NCBI GenBank assembly: GCA_041937175.2
Contig: CP166615.1
Span: 416,001 to 480,000 of the forward strand
Source: Limnothrix sp. BL-A-16
Lineage (GTDB): Bacteria; Cyanobacteriota; Cyanobacteriia; CACIAM-69d
Length of the DNA: 64,000 bases
Direction: 5' to 3'
Shown here: one piece after another, positions 11,544-21,429 of the stretch
How positions within the stretch are numbered: the stretch's first letter is position 1
How the letters are laid out: every line of letters begins with the position of its first letter
The notes under the pieces: generated by a model
Told to the model about the DNA's origin: nothing
The model's input: the letters and a program-made list of their open reading frames with translations, nothing else
Database searches by the model: none
Made by a program: the position numbers and the translations under genes

Positions 11544-12596
11544 ATGGATCTACATACCACCTATCTGGGTCTCACCCTGCGATCGCCCCTGGTGCCCTCG
11601 GCCGCCGCTCCGCTCACCAGTTCTCTCGATCACCTGCGTCGTTTAGAAGATGCCGGAGCGGGGGCGATCGTCCTGCCCTCCCTGTTTGAAGAGCAACTGG
11701 TGCAAGACAGCTTTGAGCTGCACCACCATCTCAGCCATGGGCGCGACAGCTATCCCGAAGCCCTCACCTACTTTCCTGAGCCGGAAGCCTTCCGCCTTGG
11801 CCCCGAGCATTATCTCGACCACATTCGCACCGCCAAAGCCGCCCTCAGCATCCCAATCATTGCCAGCCTCAATGGCTATTCCCCCGGCGGTTGGGTGGAA
11901 TATGCCCGATCGATCCAGGAAGCCGGGGCCGACGCGATCGAGCTGAACCTTTACTTTGTCCCCAGCGACCCGGACATTTCCGGCCTGGATATTGAGCAAT
12001 CGTTCCTCACCACCCTGCGGGCCGTCAAAGCCGAAGTGAGCATCCCCGTCGCGGTCAAAATCAGCCCCTACTTCAGCAGCCTGGCCAACATGGCCCAGCG
12101 CTTTGACGAAGCCGGAGCCGATGCCTTGGTGCTGTTCAATCGGTTTATGCAGCCCGACATCGACCCGATCGAGCTGGAGGTGCGCCCTGTTCCCTATCTC
12201 AGTTCCGCCAATGATTTGCGGTTGCCCCTGCGCTGGATTGCCCTGCTCTACGGCCGGTTAGATACGGATCTGGCGGCCACGGGTGGGGTGCAACATGGGG
12301 CCGATGTGGTGAAACTGCTGATGGCTGGGGCCAAAATTACCCAGGTCTGTTCCGTGCTGCTGCGCCATGGACTGGAGCATTTGCGCGTTTTGGAACGGGA
12401 ACTGGTGGCCTGGCTAGAGGCCCAGGACTATAGCTCCGTTGAAGAATTGCGAGGGGTAATGAGCCAAGTCCATTGCCCTGACCCCAGTGCCTACGAACGG
12501 GCCCAATACCTGAAGACCCTACAATCCTTCCGAGTGGATGCGGGCCACGGGTTGATTCTGGATCCACCCATTCACAGCGGCTTTTTGCCTTCCTGA
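11544..12596 (+). CDS. Dihydroorotate dehydrogenase-like FMN protein (NifJ-associated type)
   Basis: DLHTTYLGLTLRSPLV, ADAIELN, VAVKISP, ADALVLFNRF and AATGGV motifs. Confidence 0.85.
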   Translation: MDLHTTYLGLTLRSPLVPSAAAPLTSSLDHLRRLEDAGAGAIVLPSLFEEQLVQDSFELHHHLSHGRDSYPEALTYFPEPEAFRLGPEHYLDHIRTAKAALSIPIIASLNGYSPGGWVEYARSIQEAGADAIELNLYFVPSDPDISGLDIEQSFLTTLRAVKAEVSIPVAVKISPYFSSLANMAQRFDEAGADALVLFNRFMQPDIDPIELEVRPVPYLSSANDLRLPLRWIALLYGRLDTDLAATGGVQHGADVVKLLMAGAKITQVCSVLLRHGLEHLRVLERELVAWLEAQDYSSVEELRGVMSQVHCPDPSAYERAQYLKTLQSFRVDAGHGLILDPPIHSGFLPS

Positions 12597-12668
12597 ACCT
12601 GGACAAGCCTGGGGGCGGGGATTGGCGCACCTGCCCCAGGCACACCGAGTCTCGGGCCGATCGCCCCG

Positions 12669-13832
12669 CTAGAGCAACCCAGCCAAGTGCAGCGGCCCGC
12701 GGCCGCTGATCAACTCCAACGCCAGCGCCAGGAAGCCCAGCATGGCCAAGCGACCATTCCACACTTCCGCCGCCGTGGTCAGCCCCCATTCCCAACGCTC
12801 TTGGGGATAGATCTTGGCTTTGTCGGGCGGGTGCAAGGTTTGGGCTAGGGTCATGCCCTTGCCGTCTAGGGTTTCGATCGCCAAGTTGGCCAAATCCTCA
12901 ATGAAACCCGGATGGACATTCAGGGCGGGCACGCGGTGGAAATTATGAATTCCCGCTTCTTCGGCCACTTCCCGATATTCCATGTCAATTTCTTCAAGGG
13001 TTTCGATGTGCTCAGACACGAAACTAATCGGCACGACCACCAGGGTTTTCACCCCTTGGGCGGCCAGTTCCTTGATCGCATCGTCCGTGTAGGGCTGCAA
13101 CCACTCGATCGGCCCCACCCGGCTTTGATAGGCCAGGGTATGTTGGTTGGGTCGATTCAGGGTGCGAATAATCCGCGCTACGCAGTCTTCAATTTCTTGT
13201 TGGTAGGGATCGCCGGCCTCGGTCACGTAGCTGACGGGCACACCGTGGGCACTGAAGAAAATGTGGGCGCTGTTGGGATCTTCACAGCGATCGAGTTCCG
13301 TGGCAATCAAATCCGCCATGGCCCGGAGATAACCGGGGCGATCGTACCAAGACTGCACCACACGATGGTCAATTTTTTGCAGGGTTTGATCCTTTTTCAT
13401 CAGCCGTTCAATCAGCCGGAAGCTGGAACCGCTGGTGCTAATTGAAAATTGGGGGTAGAGCGGCAAAATCGCCAGGTTGTCTACGCCATCCCGCTTGATC
13501 TGATCGAGTGCTTCTTCGGTGAAGGGATACCAATAGCGCATTCCGATGTAGATCTTGGCATCGCGGCCCCGCTCCCGCAGTTTGCCTTCCAGGGCGCGGG
13601 CCTGGTCTTCGGTGATTTGCCGCAGGGGCGAGCCGCCACCAATTTGCTTGTAGCCCTCTTGGGATTTGGAGGCCCGCAGGGTGGAGATCAGCCAGGCCAG
13701 GGGCTTTTGCAGAATTGGGCTGGGCAACCGGATAATTTCGGGATCGGAAAATAGGTTAAACAGGAAGGGCCGCACGTCTTCCAGTTTTTCCGGCCCCCCT
13801 AGGTTGAGCAATAAGACCCCATCTCGACCCAT
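12669..13832 (-). CDS. hemH: Ferrochelatase with C-terminal CAB/HLIP domain
   Basis: [21 protein letters not shown] and [12 protein letters not shown]-terminal [16 protein letters not shown] motif. Confidence 0.97.
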   Translation of the reverse strand: MGRDGVLLLNLGGPEKLEDVRPFLFNLFSDPEIIRLPSPILQKPLAWLISTLRASKSQEGYKQIGGGSPLRQITEDQARALEGKLRERGRDAKIYIGMRYWYPFTEEALDQIKRDGVDNLAILPLYPQFSISTSGSSFRLIERLMKKDQTLQKIDHRVVQSWYDRPGYLRAMADLIATELDRCEDPNSAHIFFSAHGVPVSYVTEAGDPYQQEIEDCVARIIRTLNRPNQHTLAYQSRVGPIEWLQPYTDDAIKELAAQGVKTLVVVPISFVSEHIETLEEIDMEYREVAEEAGIHNFHRVPALNVHPGFIEDLANLAIETLDGKGMTLAQTLHPPDKAKIYPQERWEWGLTTAAEVWNGRLAMLGFLALALELISGRGPLHLAGLL

Positions 13833-14077
13833 AACCTTTTGCTTCCCGTTCCGCTGTTGGTGTTTCTTTTCAGATTCTTAACTGATATTAACAATATCTT
13901 GAGGTTTGCGCTGACAGGCGATCGCCCCATCATCTGAACCCGGCAAGGGAACCCGGCAAGGGACTTCGCAACGGTCTGAAACACAGAACCCTCAAGGCGT
14001 TCCGTCATCGACCCTAATTTGATTAAGAGCCGTCTGACGGACGATTGCTATTGTCAATAATGTTTTAAGGATGCTTT

Positions 14078-14707
14078 GTGGCTACGATTCTACGGGATTT
14101 GAGTTATCGCTACCAGTGGCTATACGACAACATTTCGCGGGTGGCGGCCCTGGCGGTGGGCGGTGAGGGGCGCTTTCGTCAACTAGCGTTACAAAACTTC
14201 GACTGGCAACCGGAAACCCGGGTGCTGGATCTCTGTTGCGGTTGGGGGCAAACAACGGCGCTGTTGGTGGAGCGATCGAACTGCGTGACCGGGTTGGATG
14301 CTTCGCCCAAAGCCTTGGCCCGGGCCCGCCTCGCTGTGCCCCAAGCTACCTACGTGGAAGCTTTTGCGGAAGCCATGCCCTTTCCGGACGGTAGCTTTGA
14401 GGTGGTTCACAGCAGCGCCGCCATGCATGAAATGGAAGCTAAACAGCTCCGCCAAATTTTTCAGGAAGTCCATCGGGTGCTGGTTCCGGGGGGCTGGTTT
14501 TTGTTTTCCGATTTCCATGCCCCCACCAACCCGCTGTTCTGGCCGGGGGTGGCCGCGTTCTTCTGGCTGTTTGAAACGGAAACGGCTTGGGAATTTGTGC
14601 AGACGGATGTGCCGGGCTTGCTGGAGTCGATCGGGTTTTGTGATGTGTCCCCAGCGTTTTATGCGGGTGGATCGGTGCAAGTGCTGCGGGCTAAGCGTCC
14701 CGATTAG
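14078..14707 (+). CDS. Class I SAM-dependent methyltransferase (UbiE-like)
   Basis: VLDLCCGWG motif I, GLDAS, RVLVPGG; GTG start. Confidence 0.88.
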   Translation: MATILRDLSYRYQWLYDNISRVAALAVGGEGRFRQLALQNFDWQPETRVLDLCCGWGQTTALLVERSNCVTGLDASPKALARARLAVPQATYVEAFAEAMPFPDGSFEVVHSSAAMHEMEAKQLRQIFQEVHRVLVPGGWFLFSDFHAPTNPLFWPGVAAFFWLFETETAWEFVQTDVPGLLESIGFCDVSPAFYAGGSVQVLRAKRPD

Positions 14708-14732
14708 GCTGAACCTTGCGAATGCTCATACA

Positions 14733-14771
14733 ATCAATCCCCACACCGGCTGGCCCAGCATGGGGATTGAT
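14733..14771. terminator. Hairpin between convergent genes (probable terminator)
   Basis: ATCAATCCCCA / TGGGGATTGAT perfect 11-bp inverted repeat. Confidence 0.55.
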
Positions 14772-14891
14772 GAGCAATGGGTTTGTTTAGGTCGCCAAAC
14801 GGTAGCCCGATCGCCGATCAAGCCCTTGAGATTCTGTTTCCTTCGGCTTGTTTAAAAGCCGGAAATTAGAGCTTGAAATGAGAGCCGGAAA

Positions 14892-15962
14892 TTAGAGCCT
14901 AAACGGTGAAATCCAACCACGGAGGAAGTAGAACACGCTTTGCAGGTATTCCGTCACCACCTTGGTGCTGACGGTGAGGCCTTCGGAGTTGGGAACCAGA
15001 TCCGGAATGGAGAAATAGCGCCAGGGGATGGGGGTGATGTCCGGGGCATCGTAGGGCAGGGTGTAAAAGTCTGCCGGCTGCGGCACAACCCGGAAACCAA
15101 CGGACTCGAACGCCAGGGTCGATCGCCGCATTTCGATCGCGGAGGTGACCAGGGCAATTCGGGCCCCTTGGGGATTGGAACCAAACTCATCGCGCACATC
15201 CAGGGCGCTGTTGCGCACGTTCACCACTTCCCGCTTTTGGGCAATTTCGCTGCGGGGAATCACGATCGCGCTGGCCGGCACGCCCATTTCCTGTAACAAC
15301 ACGCTGATATCAGACGATTCCGCCGCCCGGCAGCGCGTGGCCGTGCCGTCTGGGTTCCGACAGTCGCTGCTTACCGATCGCCAGTAAGCATTCAGCTCCG
15401 GCCGGAAACCCGCGCTCACAATAATTCGATTCGCCCGGCCAGCTCGATACAGTTGTGCCGCCAGGGTGATGCGATCACCGCTTTCGGTCAGTTCAATGCG
15501 CTGTTGGCCAATCCCCGCCACACGAGTCGTGCCATTACCCAGCAGCACGATCGCTTCAACAGATCCGCGATCGCCATAGCCCTGCATAGACACCGCCTCG
15601 CGCTCCAGTTGCCCCGCCAGCAAAAACCCGATCGCCGGGGTGCTAAACAGCAGCAACACCGAAAAAGCCCAAGCCGCCACCCCATTGGCCGTGAACTTGC
15701 CCGGCCCTTCGCGCAACACCCAGCGCGAGAGCAACAGCAGCGACAGACCCAGAGGAGTCAGAAGCAGGGACAGAAGGCTGCCCACCGATTCTGAGGTGCG
15801 GCCACCGGGGTTCATAAACGCGATCGTCAGCAATGCCGCGATCGTGACAATGCCAAAGCCGGTGTAGTAGGCCACCGGGATGAACTTGACCTGGAACAGG
15901 AAGTACCAGAGCAGCCAGCCGATAAACAGCCAAATTAAGATAAAGGTCAGGGTCTCAAACAT
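14892..15962 (-). CDS. YdcF/DUF218 family membrane protein
   Basis: N-terminal TM helices; AIVLLG, RIIVSAG and ALVTSAIEMRRS motifs. Confidence 0.82.
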   Translation of the reverse strand: MFETLTFILIWLFIGWLLWYFLFQVKFIPVAYYTGFGIVTIAALLTIAFMNPGGRTSESVGSLLSLLLTPLGLSLLLLSRWVLREGPGKFTANGVAAWAFSVLLLFSTPAIGFLLAGQLEREAVSMQGYGDRGSVEAIVLLGNGTTRVAGIGQQRIELTESGDRITLAAQLYRAGRANRIIVSAGFRPELNAYWRSVSSDCRNPDGTATRCRAAESSDISVLLQEMGVPASAIVIPRSEIAQKREVVNVRNSALDVRDEFGSNPQGARIALVTSAIEMRRSTLAFESVGFRVVPQPADFYTLPYDAPDITPIPWRYFSIPDLVPNSEGLTVSTKVVTEYLQSVFYFLRGWISPFRL

Positions 15963-16808
15963 TCCAAATCACCCACGTCGGCGATCGACCTACCGGTTAG
16001 TTTTAACCGCAAGTTTTAGGGCAATGGTAGAGGAATTTTGCCGCTTTGAAACCAGAAGCCTAACCCCCAGCGCTTTTTGAGCGATCGACTGCTGACCGTA
16101 AACGCCCCTCACCCATTGCTAACTTTAGAAATTCCTTAACAATTTCCTGGATCCAACGAATTGCCCCGATCGCCCCGTGGCCCCGTCCGGTTGCCGCCTG
16201 GTGAGCCGATCAACGACGGGCGCAACCCCAAGTTGGGGCCTGCGGCTGGGTCTGCGTCGTTTTGCCCGGGGCTGTTGTCTTCCTCCTGCGTGCCTGTTGC
16301 TCAGCACCTCAAACCGGTGAACGGTTCGATCGACCAGCGCCAATCATGCTTAACCTGAATTTCCACACCCAATTTCTGTGCTCAGCCCATGAAGCAAATG
16401 CATCAATGTAATTAATGAACTTAGCAATCAATGAACTTAACGCACTGATCATGAGCTAAATTGTGAACCCTCTAGAGGCTGGATGGTGGTTAAATTTCGA
16501 TTTGTTCTAGAATTCAATAAATCTTTAAAAGACTCTGCTTAATCTATTCTTGACGCTGCCGAATCGTGGTGTTATACCAAATTCGGCTGGGTTAATTTCT
16601 TGATCAATTAAGCAGATGATCTGAGTTAGCCGTCGAATTGTTGCTTGCTCTTCAAAAAACGGATCCTGTGAATTGGTTCATTCATGAAGCAAGATTTCTG
16701 AGCCATCTCTGAATGTAAACAACGAGCTACTCTGAGTTTTGATGGCGTGACAACAGCTTGATGGAATCTTCATCTTGGTTGATTTAAAGTCAACTTACAG
16801 TCAGTCAC

Positions 16809-16860
16809 AATTTGCAAACTGGTTGCTCGCAAATTAATTTGCAAACTGGTTGCTCGCAAA
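16809..16860. repeat. Direct repeat 2 x 25 bp (AATTTGCAAACTGGTTGCTCGCAAA), 27-bp period
   Basis: Exact copies at 16809-16833 and 16836-16860. Confidence 0.85.
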
Positions 16861-16914
16861 CTGTTGATGCCTTGTGATTACCCTTGATCAAATCATTCTC
16901 CACTGAGAAAAAAT

Positions 16915-17154
16915 ATGTCTGGAATTCGCGATGTTGACGGCGACCCCAGTGGTACTTGGGCAGACTTGAGCTGGTCTGATCTCAGCAGCGAAGAGCAGTC
17001 CCTCTGGGGTGAGTTGGGATGGGATGAGTCGAGCTGGGAAGAAGACACGGATCCCCCAGCCAGTGATGATGAATATTGGGAAGATTTGAGCGCTGGTCAG
17101 CAAGCTGCCTTGACGAAGCTCGGCTACACCCAGGCCCTTTGGGACGAGGAATAA
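16915..17154 (+). CDS. Small acidic Trp-rich protein with two W-x-D-L-x3-[EQ]-Q-x5-L-G-[WY]-x4-W-[DE] repeats
   Basis: ATG start, GC-richer than flanks, internal duplication. Confidence 0.75.
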   Translation: MSGIRDVDGDPSGTWADLSWSDLSSEEQSLWGELGWDESSWEEDTDPPASDDEYWEDLSAGQQAALTKLGYTQALWDEE

Positions 17155-17213
17155 AGACCGTCTGAAGTTTGCTTTCCCCAAGCTTTTTCCCTGATAACGC
17201 ACTGAATATTACG

Positions 17214-17241
17214 AAAACAAGGGGTTAACGCTCCTTGTTTT
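17214..17241. repeat. REP-like palindrome (AAAACAAGGGGTTAACGCTCCTTGTTTT), may act as terminator
   Basis: Imperfect palindrome followed by a T-rich run; its reverse complement is nearly identical to 35081-35108. Confidence 0.7.
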
Positions 17242-17682
17242 TTGTTTTATTTTTATCCCTATTTCTTGTTTTGCGACTTTGTTTTGTCTATTAATCGCTT
17301 GTTTTATCTATTGATCTATTGATCTTTTGGTTTTTGCTTTCTCTTTACTGTTTGCTGTCGAGGCTGGCTGGGTTTCTCAGGGACAGGGCCTGTTGAGGTT
17401 GGTTAACTGGCCCGATCGGGGAAACCAATTAGCAAACAGCAGTTCAAGTTGCAATCAATTGCAGTTGCTGGATTGGCGCGACAACCCATGGGAAGTATTG
17501 CTAAGGAAAAACTCGCCCATGAGGTGACATCCCAAAGACCGGCTCATGGTGACTTTTCCTGAGCAAGGTCTGGCCGATGCTGAATGAATAGTGATCGAAG
17601 ACGGTGATTGAAGACAGCAATTTAGGGCTTCAAGATCGCTGCTTTTTGATTTCTCACAGCTAATGACCGATCGAGTTTGTCT

Positions 17683-18768
17683 ATGTCTACTGCTTCTTTG
17701 CGTTGGCGTTTGGGTTGGGTTTTGCCCTTGGGATTGGGTCTGTTGATGGGCATGGTGGGGGAGTTGGGGCAGCCGTCGATCGCCCGGGCCAATCCCCGAT
17801 CGACCCCCGTGCTCAACACCAGCAGTCAGTTACCCCCGTCGGTGCGATCGCGCATCTTGGCAGTGGCGGCCCGGGATTTGGGCCAAGCTCCGGCGAACCT
17901 GACCATTCGCGAAGCCACCCGTGTCACTTGGGCCGACAGTTGCTTGGGTCTGGGTGGGCCAGCGGAGCTTTGTGCCCAAATGCAAGTCCCGGGTTGGGCC
18001 ATTGAAGTGAGTGAGCGTCAATCTTGGGGGCCGCCCAGTTGGTTTTATCGCGCCGATCAAGCGGGTCAGATCATTCGCCAGGCGGTGGGTTCCCGATCGC
18101 TCACGCCAGAGGTGGAACAGCGGTTGCTGCGACAGGCGGAACGATTGCTAAAGCTCCCATCGCGATCGCTCACGGTCACGGCCCTGAAGCGCAGAACCTG
18201 GGATGGCTGCATGGGGGTTTATGATGCACCGCTCACGGCCTGTACCATGATTGCGATCGATGGTTGGCAAGCCATTTTGAACCAGGGCGATCGTGCCTTT
18301 GTGTTTCACCTCGATCGCGCGGCCAACCTCGTTCGCTATAACCAAGCCGCCAGCAACGGCACAACCGCCATTGTTCCCATGACCAGCGACCTCCCAACCC
18401 TCGGCAATGGGGAGCGATTCCAGATGCACATCACTGGCGGGATTGCCGGTCGTCAGGAACGTTGGATTTTGATGGAGGATGGGCGAGTCTTCCGGCGCAT
18501 CAACGATCAAGCGCCGGAGTTGGTGGGCAAACTGTCCGCGAGCCAGCAAACCGACTTGGAACAGGCCATGGAGAATAGTGTTTTGTCCAATCTCTCTGGC
18601 CTCAGCTATTTGCCCACGCTGGGAGCTGCCGACTATCAAACGGTGACCCTGACCGATCGGGGGGTGTCGGTGCAATATGCCGATCTGATGCGCGATCAAC
18701 TGCCCCAATCCATCCAGCGAGTGATTGATGCTTGGGAACAGGCGATCGCCCGCCTGCAAACTCCCTAG
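17683..18768 (+). CDS. Exported hypothetical protein with two W-x-D-x-C-[LM]-G...C...GW repeats
   Basis: Signal-peptide-like N-terminus; TWADSCLG..LCAQMQVPGW and TWDGCMG..ACTMIAIDGW. Confidence 0.8.
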   Translation: MSTASLRWRLGWVLPLGLGLLMGMVGELGQPSIARANPRSTPVLNTSSQLPPSVRSRILAVAARDLGQAPANLTIREATRVTWADSCLGLGGPAELCAQMQVPGWAIEVSERQSWGPPSWFYRADQAGQIIRQAVGSRSLTPEVEQRLLRQAERLLKLPSRSLTVTALKRRTWDGCMGVYDAPLTACTMIAIDGWQAILNQGDRAFVFHLDRAANLVRYNQAASNGTTAIVPMTSDLPTLGNGERFQMHITGGIAGRQERWILMEDGRVFRRINDQAPELVGKLSASQQTDLEQAMENSVLSNLSGLSYLPTLGAADYQTVTLTDRGVSVQYADLMRDQLPQSIQRVIDAWEQAIARLQTP

Positions 18769-18800
18769 TTGATTGCCTCGGTCTTGGATGGCTTGGCCCC

Positions 18801-20363
18801 TCAAGGCCGACGCAATCGCTGCTCAATTTGCTGCAAAATTTGGGGCTTGGCGCGATCCAACTCCTTGCGTAGATATCCCTTGCCCACCTGTGGATCCGCT
18901 GCGGGCATCTGTGAGCTTTGGTCAGCCCACTGACGCAGCATTTGGCAATTGGCCGCCGTCAGATGGATTTTGGCCACATATTGGCAACTGTGGGGATCCT
19001 CAAGGGCAAAAAACAGCAATCGATAGCAACTTTGCTTGGCCAACTGCCGAGCCAATTCCAAATTTCGGGGCTGTTTCAAATCCAAATAGGACGGTAGCCA
19101 TTTCGCCCGCCGCGTGCCATCCCCGATCGACACATAGAGCACCGTCAGCCACAGCACCATCGGATGGGGAGACATCATGCCCATAAACCGGCTGTAACAA
19201 CTGCTGCCCTCTTCGCTGGATTGAATGGCGCGGATCATGGGGCGTGGCAACATAATCCAAACCGTCACCAGTGGATCGCCACTGGTGGGCAACAGGTGAG
19301 GAAACACGATTTCCGCGACCGGCTTGCCCTTGGGCCAGGACTGCAACCGACAGAGCACATCAGGATCGGCATTGCTCGATCGCCCCCGTGATTCAGTCCC
19401 TCCCTCGTTGCCGAGAGAAGCGCCGGGCAAAGTGGCCCGCTGGAGCGTGCTTTCAATGCGACGACTAATCAGCCGGCCAGGACTGTAGCGGTGCTCCATC
19501 GGCTCCAAAGCTTGCAAAATATCGCTAACGGATGCGGGGCGATCGTCCGGCTTTTTCGCCAAGCATTGCAGAATCAGTGACTCCAGCGGCTTGGGCACTT
19601 TCAGCCCCGGCCGCGCCTCCGCAAAGGTCATGGGCGGGGTGTCTCGATGTACCTTATACCAACTGCCAAAGGAATGGGTTTCCGCCCGCAGGGGCATCTT
19701 CCCCGAGAGCATTTCAAACATCACCACGCCCAGGCTATAGATATCAGCCCGGCCGTCCAACTCCTTGCCTTCCATCTGCTCTGGTGAAGAGTAGGCCAGG
19801 GTGCCCATGAAGTGGCTGGTTTGGGCCGCATCCCCCTGCATGAGTTTGGCAATTCCAAAATCCAAAATCTTGACCGACTCACCCATGTCCGGATCTTGCA
19901 CCACCAGCAGGTTGCTGGGCTTGATGTCTCGGTGGACGATCGGGCAAAGGCGATCCTCTAGCAAAATGCCCTGGTGAGCCGCCTGAAGTCCCAGGCAAAT
20001 TTGATGGGCCAGATTGAGAAAACGCGGCAGGGGCATGGTTTCCCGTTTGACGATCGCCCCTAGGTCTCGGCCTTCGAGATATTCCATCACATAGAACGGA
20101 ACCTCATCCTCGCTGACCCCGTAGTCCAACACCTGGACAATGTGCTTGCTTTTTTGCCCTAACAAAAAACAGGAGCGGGCTTCCCGTTTGAAGCGATCGC
20201 GCATTTTCTGGTTCAGCAAGGTTTGAGACAAAAATTTCACGGCCACGGGCGCATCCAGCAGGATGTGCTTGGCTCGATAAACGCGACCCATAGCACCGCG
20301 CCCGATCAACTCATCGAGTCGATATCGGTCGGCTAGCACTCGGCCAAGATTCGGGTCGCTCAT
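18801..20363 (-). CDS. Hanks-type Ser/Thr protein kinase, SpkA-like (no TM segment)
   Basis: IGRGAMGRVY, VAVK, HRDIKPSN, DFG, SPEQ and DIYSLG motifs; C-terminal WPKGKPVAEIVFP region recalls cyanobacterial SpkA. Confidence 0.92.
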   Translation of the reverse strand: MSDPNLGRVLADRYRLDELIGRGAMGRVYRAKHILLDAPVAVKFLSQTLLNQKMRDRFKREARSCFLLGQKSKHIVQVLDYGVSEDEVPFYVMEYLEGRDLGAIVKRETMPLPRFLNLAHQICLGLQAAHQGILLEDRLCPIVHRDIKPSNLLVVQDPDMGESVKILDFGIAKLMQGDAAQTSHFMGTLAYSSPEQMEGKELDGRADIYSLGVVMFEMLSGKMPLRAETHSFGSWYKVHRDTPPMTFAEARPGLKVPKPLESLILQCLAKKPDDRPASVSDILQALEPMEHRYSPGRLISRRIESTLQRATLPGASLGNEGGTESRGRSSNADPDVLCRLQSWPKGKPVAEIVFPHLLPTSGDPLVTVWIMLPRPMIRAIQSSEEGSSCYSRFMGMMSPHPMVLWLTVLYVSIGDGTRRAKWLPSYLDLKQPRNLELARQLAKQSCYRLLFFALEDPHSCQYVAKIHLTAANCQMLRQWADQSSQMPAADPQVGKGYLRKELDRAKPQILQQIEQRLRRP

Positions 20364-20642
20364 AGCGTCTGCGCTCTTCTGCTGGGCTGATCGCAAAAAT
20401 TAGAAATCGTCAAATCAAACCAAGAATGCAACAAATCCGGTGAATCCTATCAGTATCCACGATGCCCAGGCGGCGATGCCCAGGTGGCGATCGTCAATCC
20501 TGGGTATGCAGTCTTGGGTACTCAGTTGGCGGGGCCAGACCGTGAGATCAAGCGTTGAAATTCTGCGGATTCGGTTGCACCCAGACTAACTGGTCTATTT
20601 CCTCGTCATGATCCTTGCCAAAGAAACTCGATCAACTCGATC

Positions 20643-20716
20643 GAGCAGATGCCCGAGTGAGCAGATGCCCGAGTGAGCAGATGCGTGATGAAACGGATGC
20701 TTGATGGAACGGATGC
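20643..20716. repeat. Short tandem repeats (GAGCAGATGCCCGAGT x about 2.6; TGATG(A/G)AACGGATGC x2)
   Basis: Directly visible. Confidence 0.75.
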
Positions 20717-21293
20717 AACAGATCTAACTGATCCAATAGCCATATCTGACCTGATCAGAGTCATCAGGAGCTGTTCCCGAAGACTTGTCTAGAAGGCTAG
20801 GGCAAGCAAACCAACCAAAATTAAAGCAAAAAGTTGATGAACAATGCGATTGGCGGCGGGAGACCTTAAGGGCGATCGCCCGCCAGGAGTAGGGAAAAAA
20901 TGGAGCGGTGGGGTTGGTTGAGGAGCGCTGGCAGGGAGGGGAATCGTTGGGCCCGGTTCCCCAATCATTGTCGCCTACTCCCAACTGATGGAGCAAAGGG
21001 GTCGATCGCGCCCTTGTGCAGAATTGGGCCCTTTGGCGGCTCAGTTTTGTGGCCCCGATGCGAGTGGAGGGCGAATCGATAACGTAGCGGTCGCAACCGT
21101 GAAAACGGTAAAAATCGTGCCGATCGCCTTGGGCCAAGCCAGAATTGGGGAAATCCCGTTTGCAGGTATCCGTGGAATACGCGGAATGTGCGGAATTTAT
21201 TGAATTGGTGCAATTTGCGGAACTTGCGAAATTTCTATCAATTCTGGGAATTGGTCGCATCCATCGTTAAGTTTGTGTTGAGTTTTGCACCGA

Positions 21294-21339
21294 GAGTTTG
21301 CGTCTAGAGTTTGCGTCTAGAGCTTGCACCTAGAGCTTT
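21294..21339. repeat. 13-bp tandem repeat GAGTTTGCGTCTA x about 3.5 (degenerating)
   Basis: Directly visible. Confidence 0.7.
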
Positions 21340-21429
21340 GATCGCGAGTCTGCACCTGAATTTGTGTCCGGTTGGGGGCCCGCCGTCTCCGCATTGGTTT
21401 TCCAGTTAAGTCTGATGGTCTTTGAACAA

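Noticed and set aside
12669..12790. CAB/HLIP domain fused to ferrochelatase as a novelty
   Set aside because: This is the normal cyanobacterial/plastid type II ferrochelatase architecture
16550..16578. Possible promoter TTGACG-N17-TATACC upstream of the small acidic protein
   Set aside because: The -10 lacks the conserved final T and lies about 340 bp from the ORF; not supportable without TSS data
20724..21260. 178-aa minus-strand ORF in the kinase-manC spacer
   Set aside because: Composition reflects the nucleotide repeats; no motif or clear RBS
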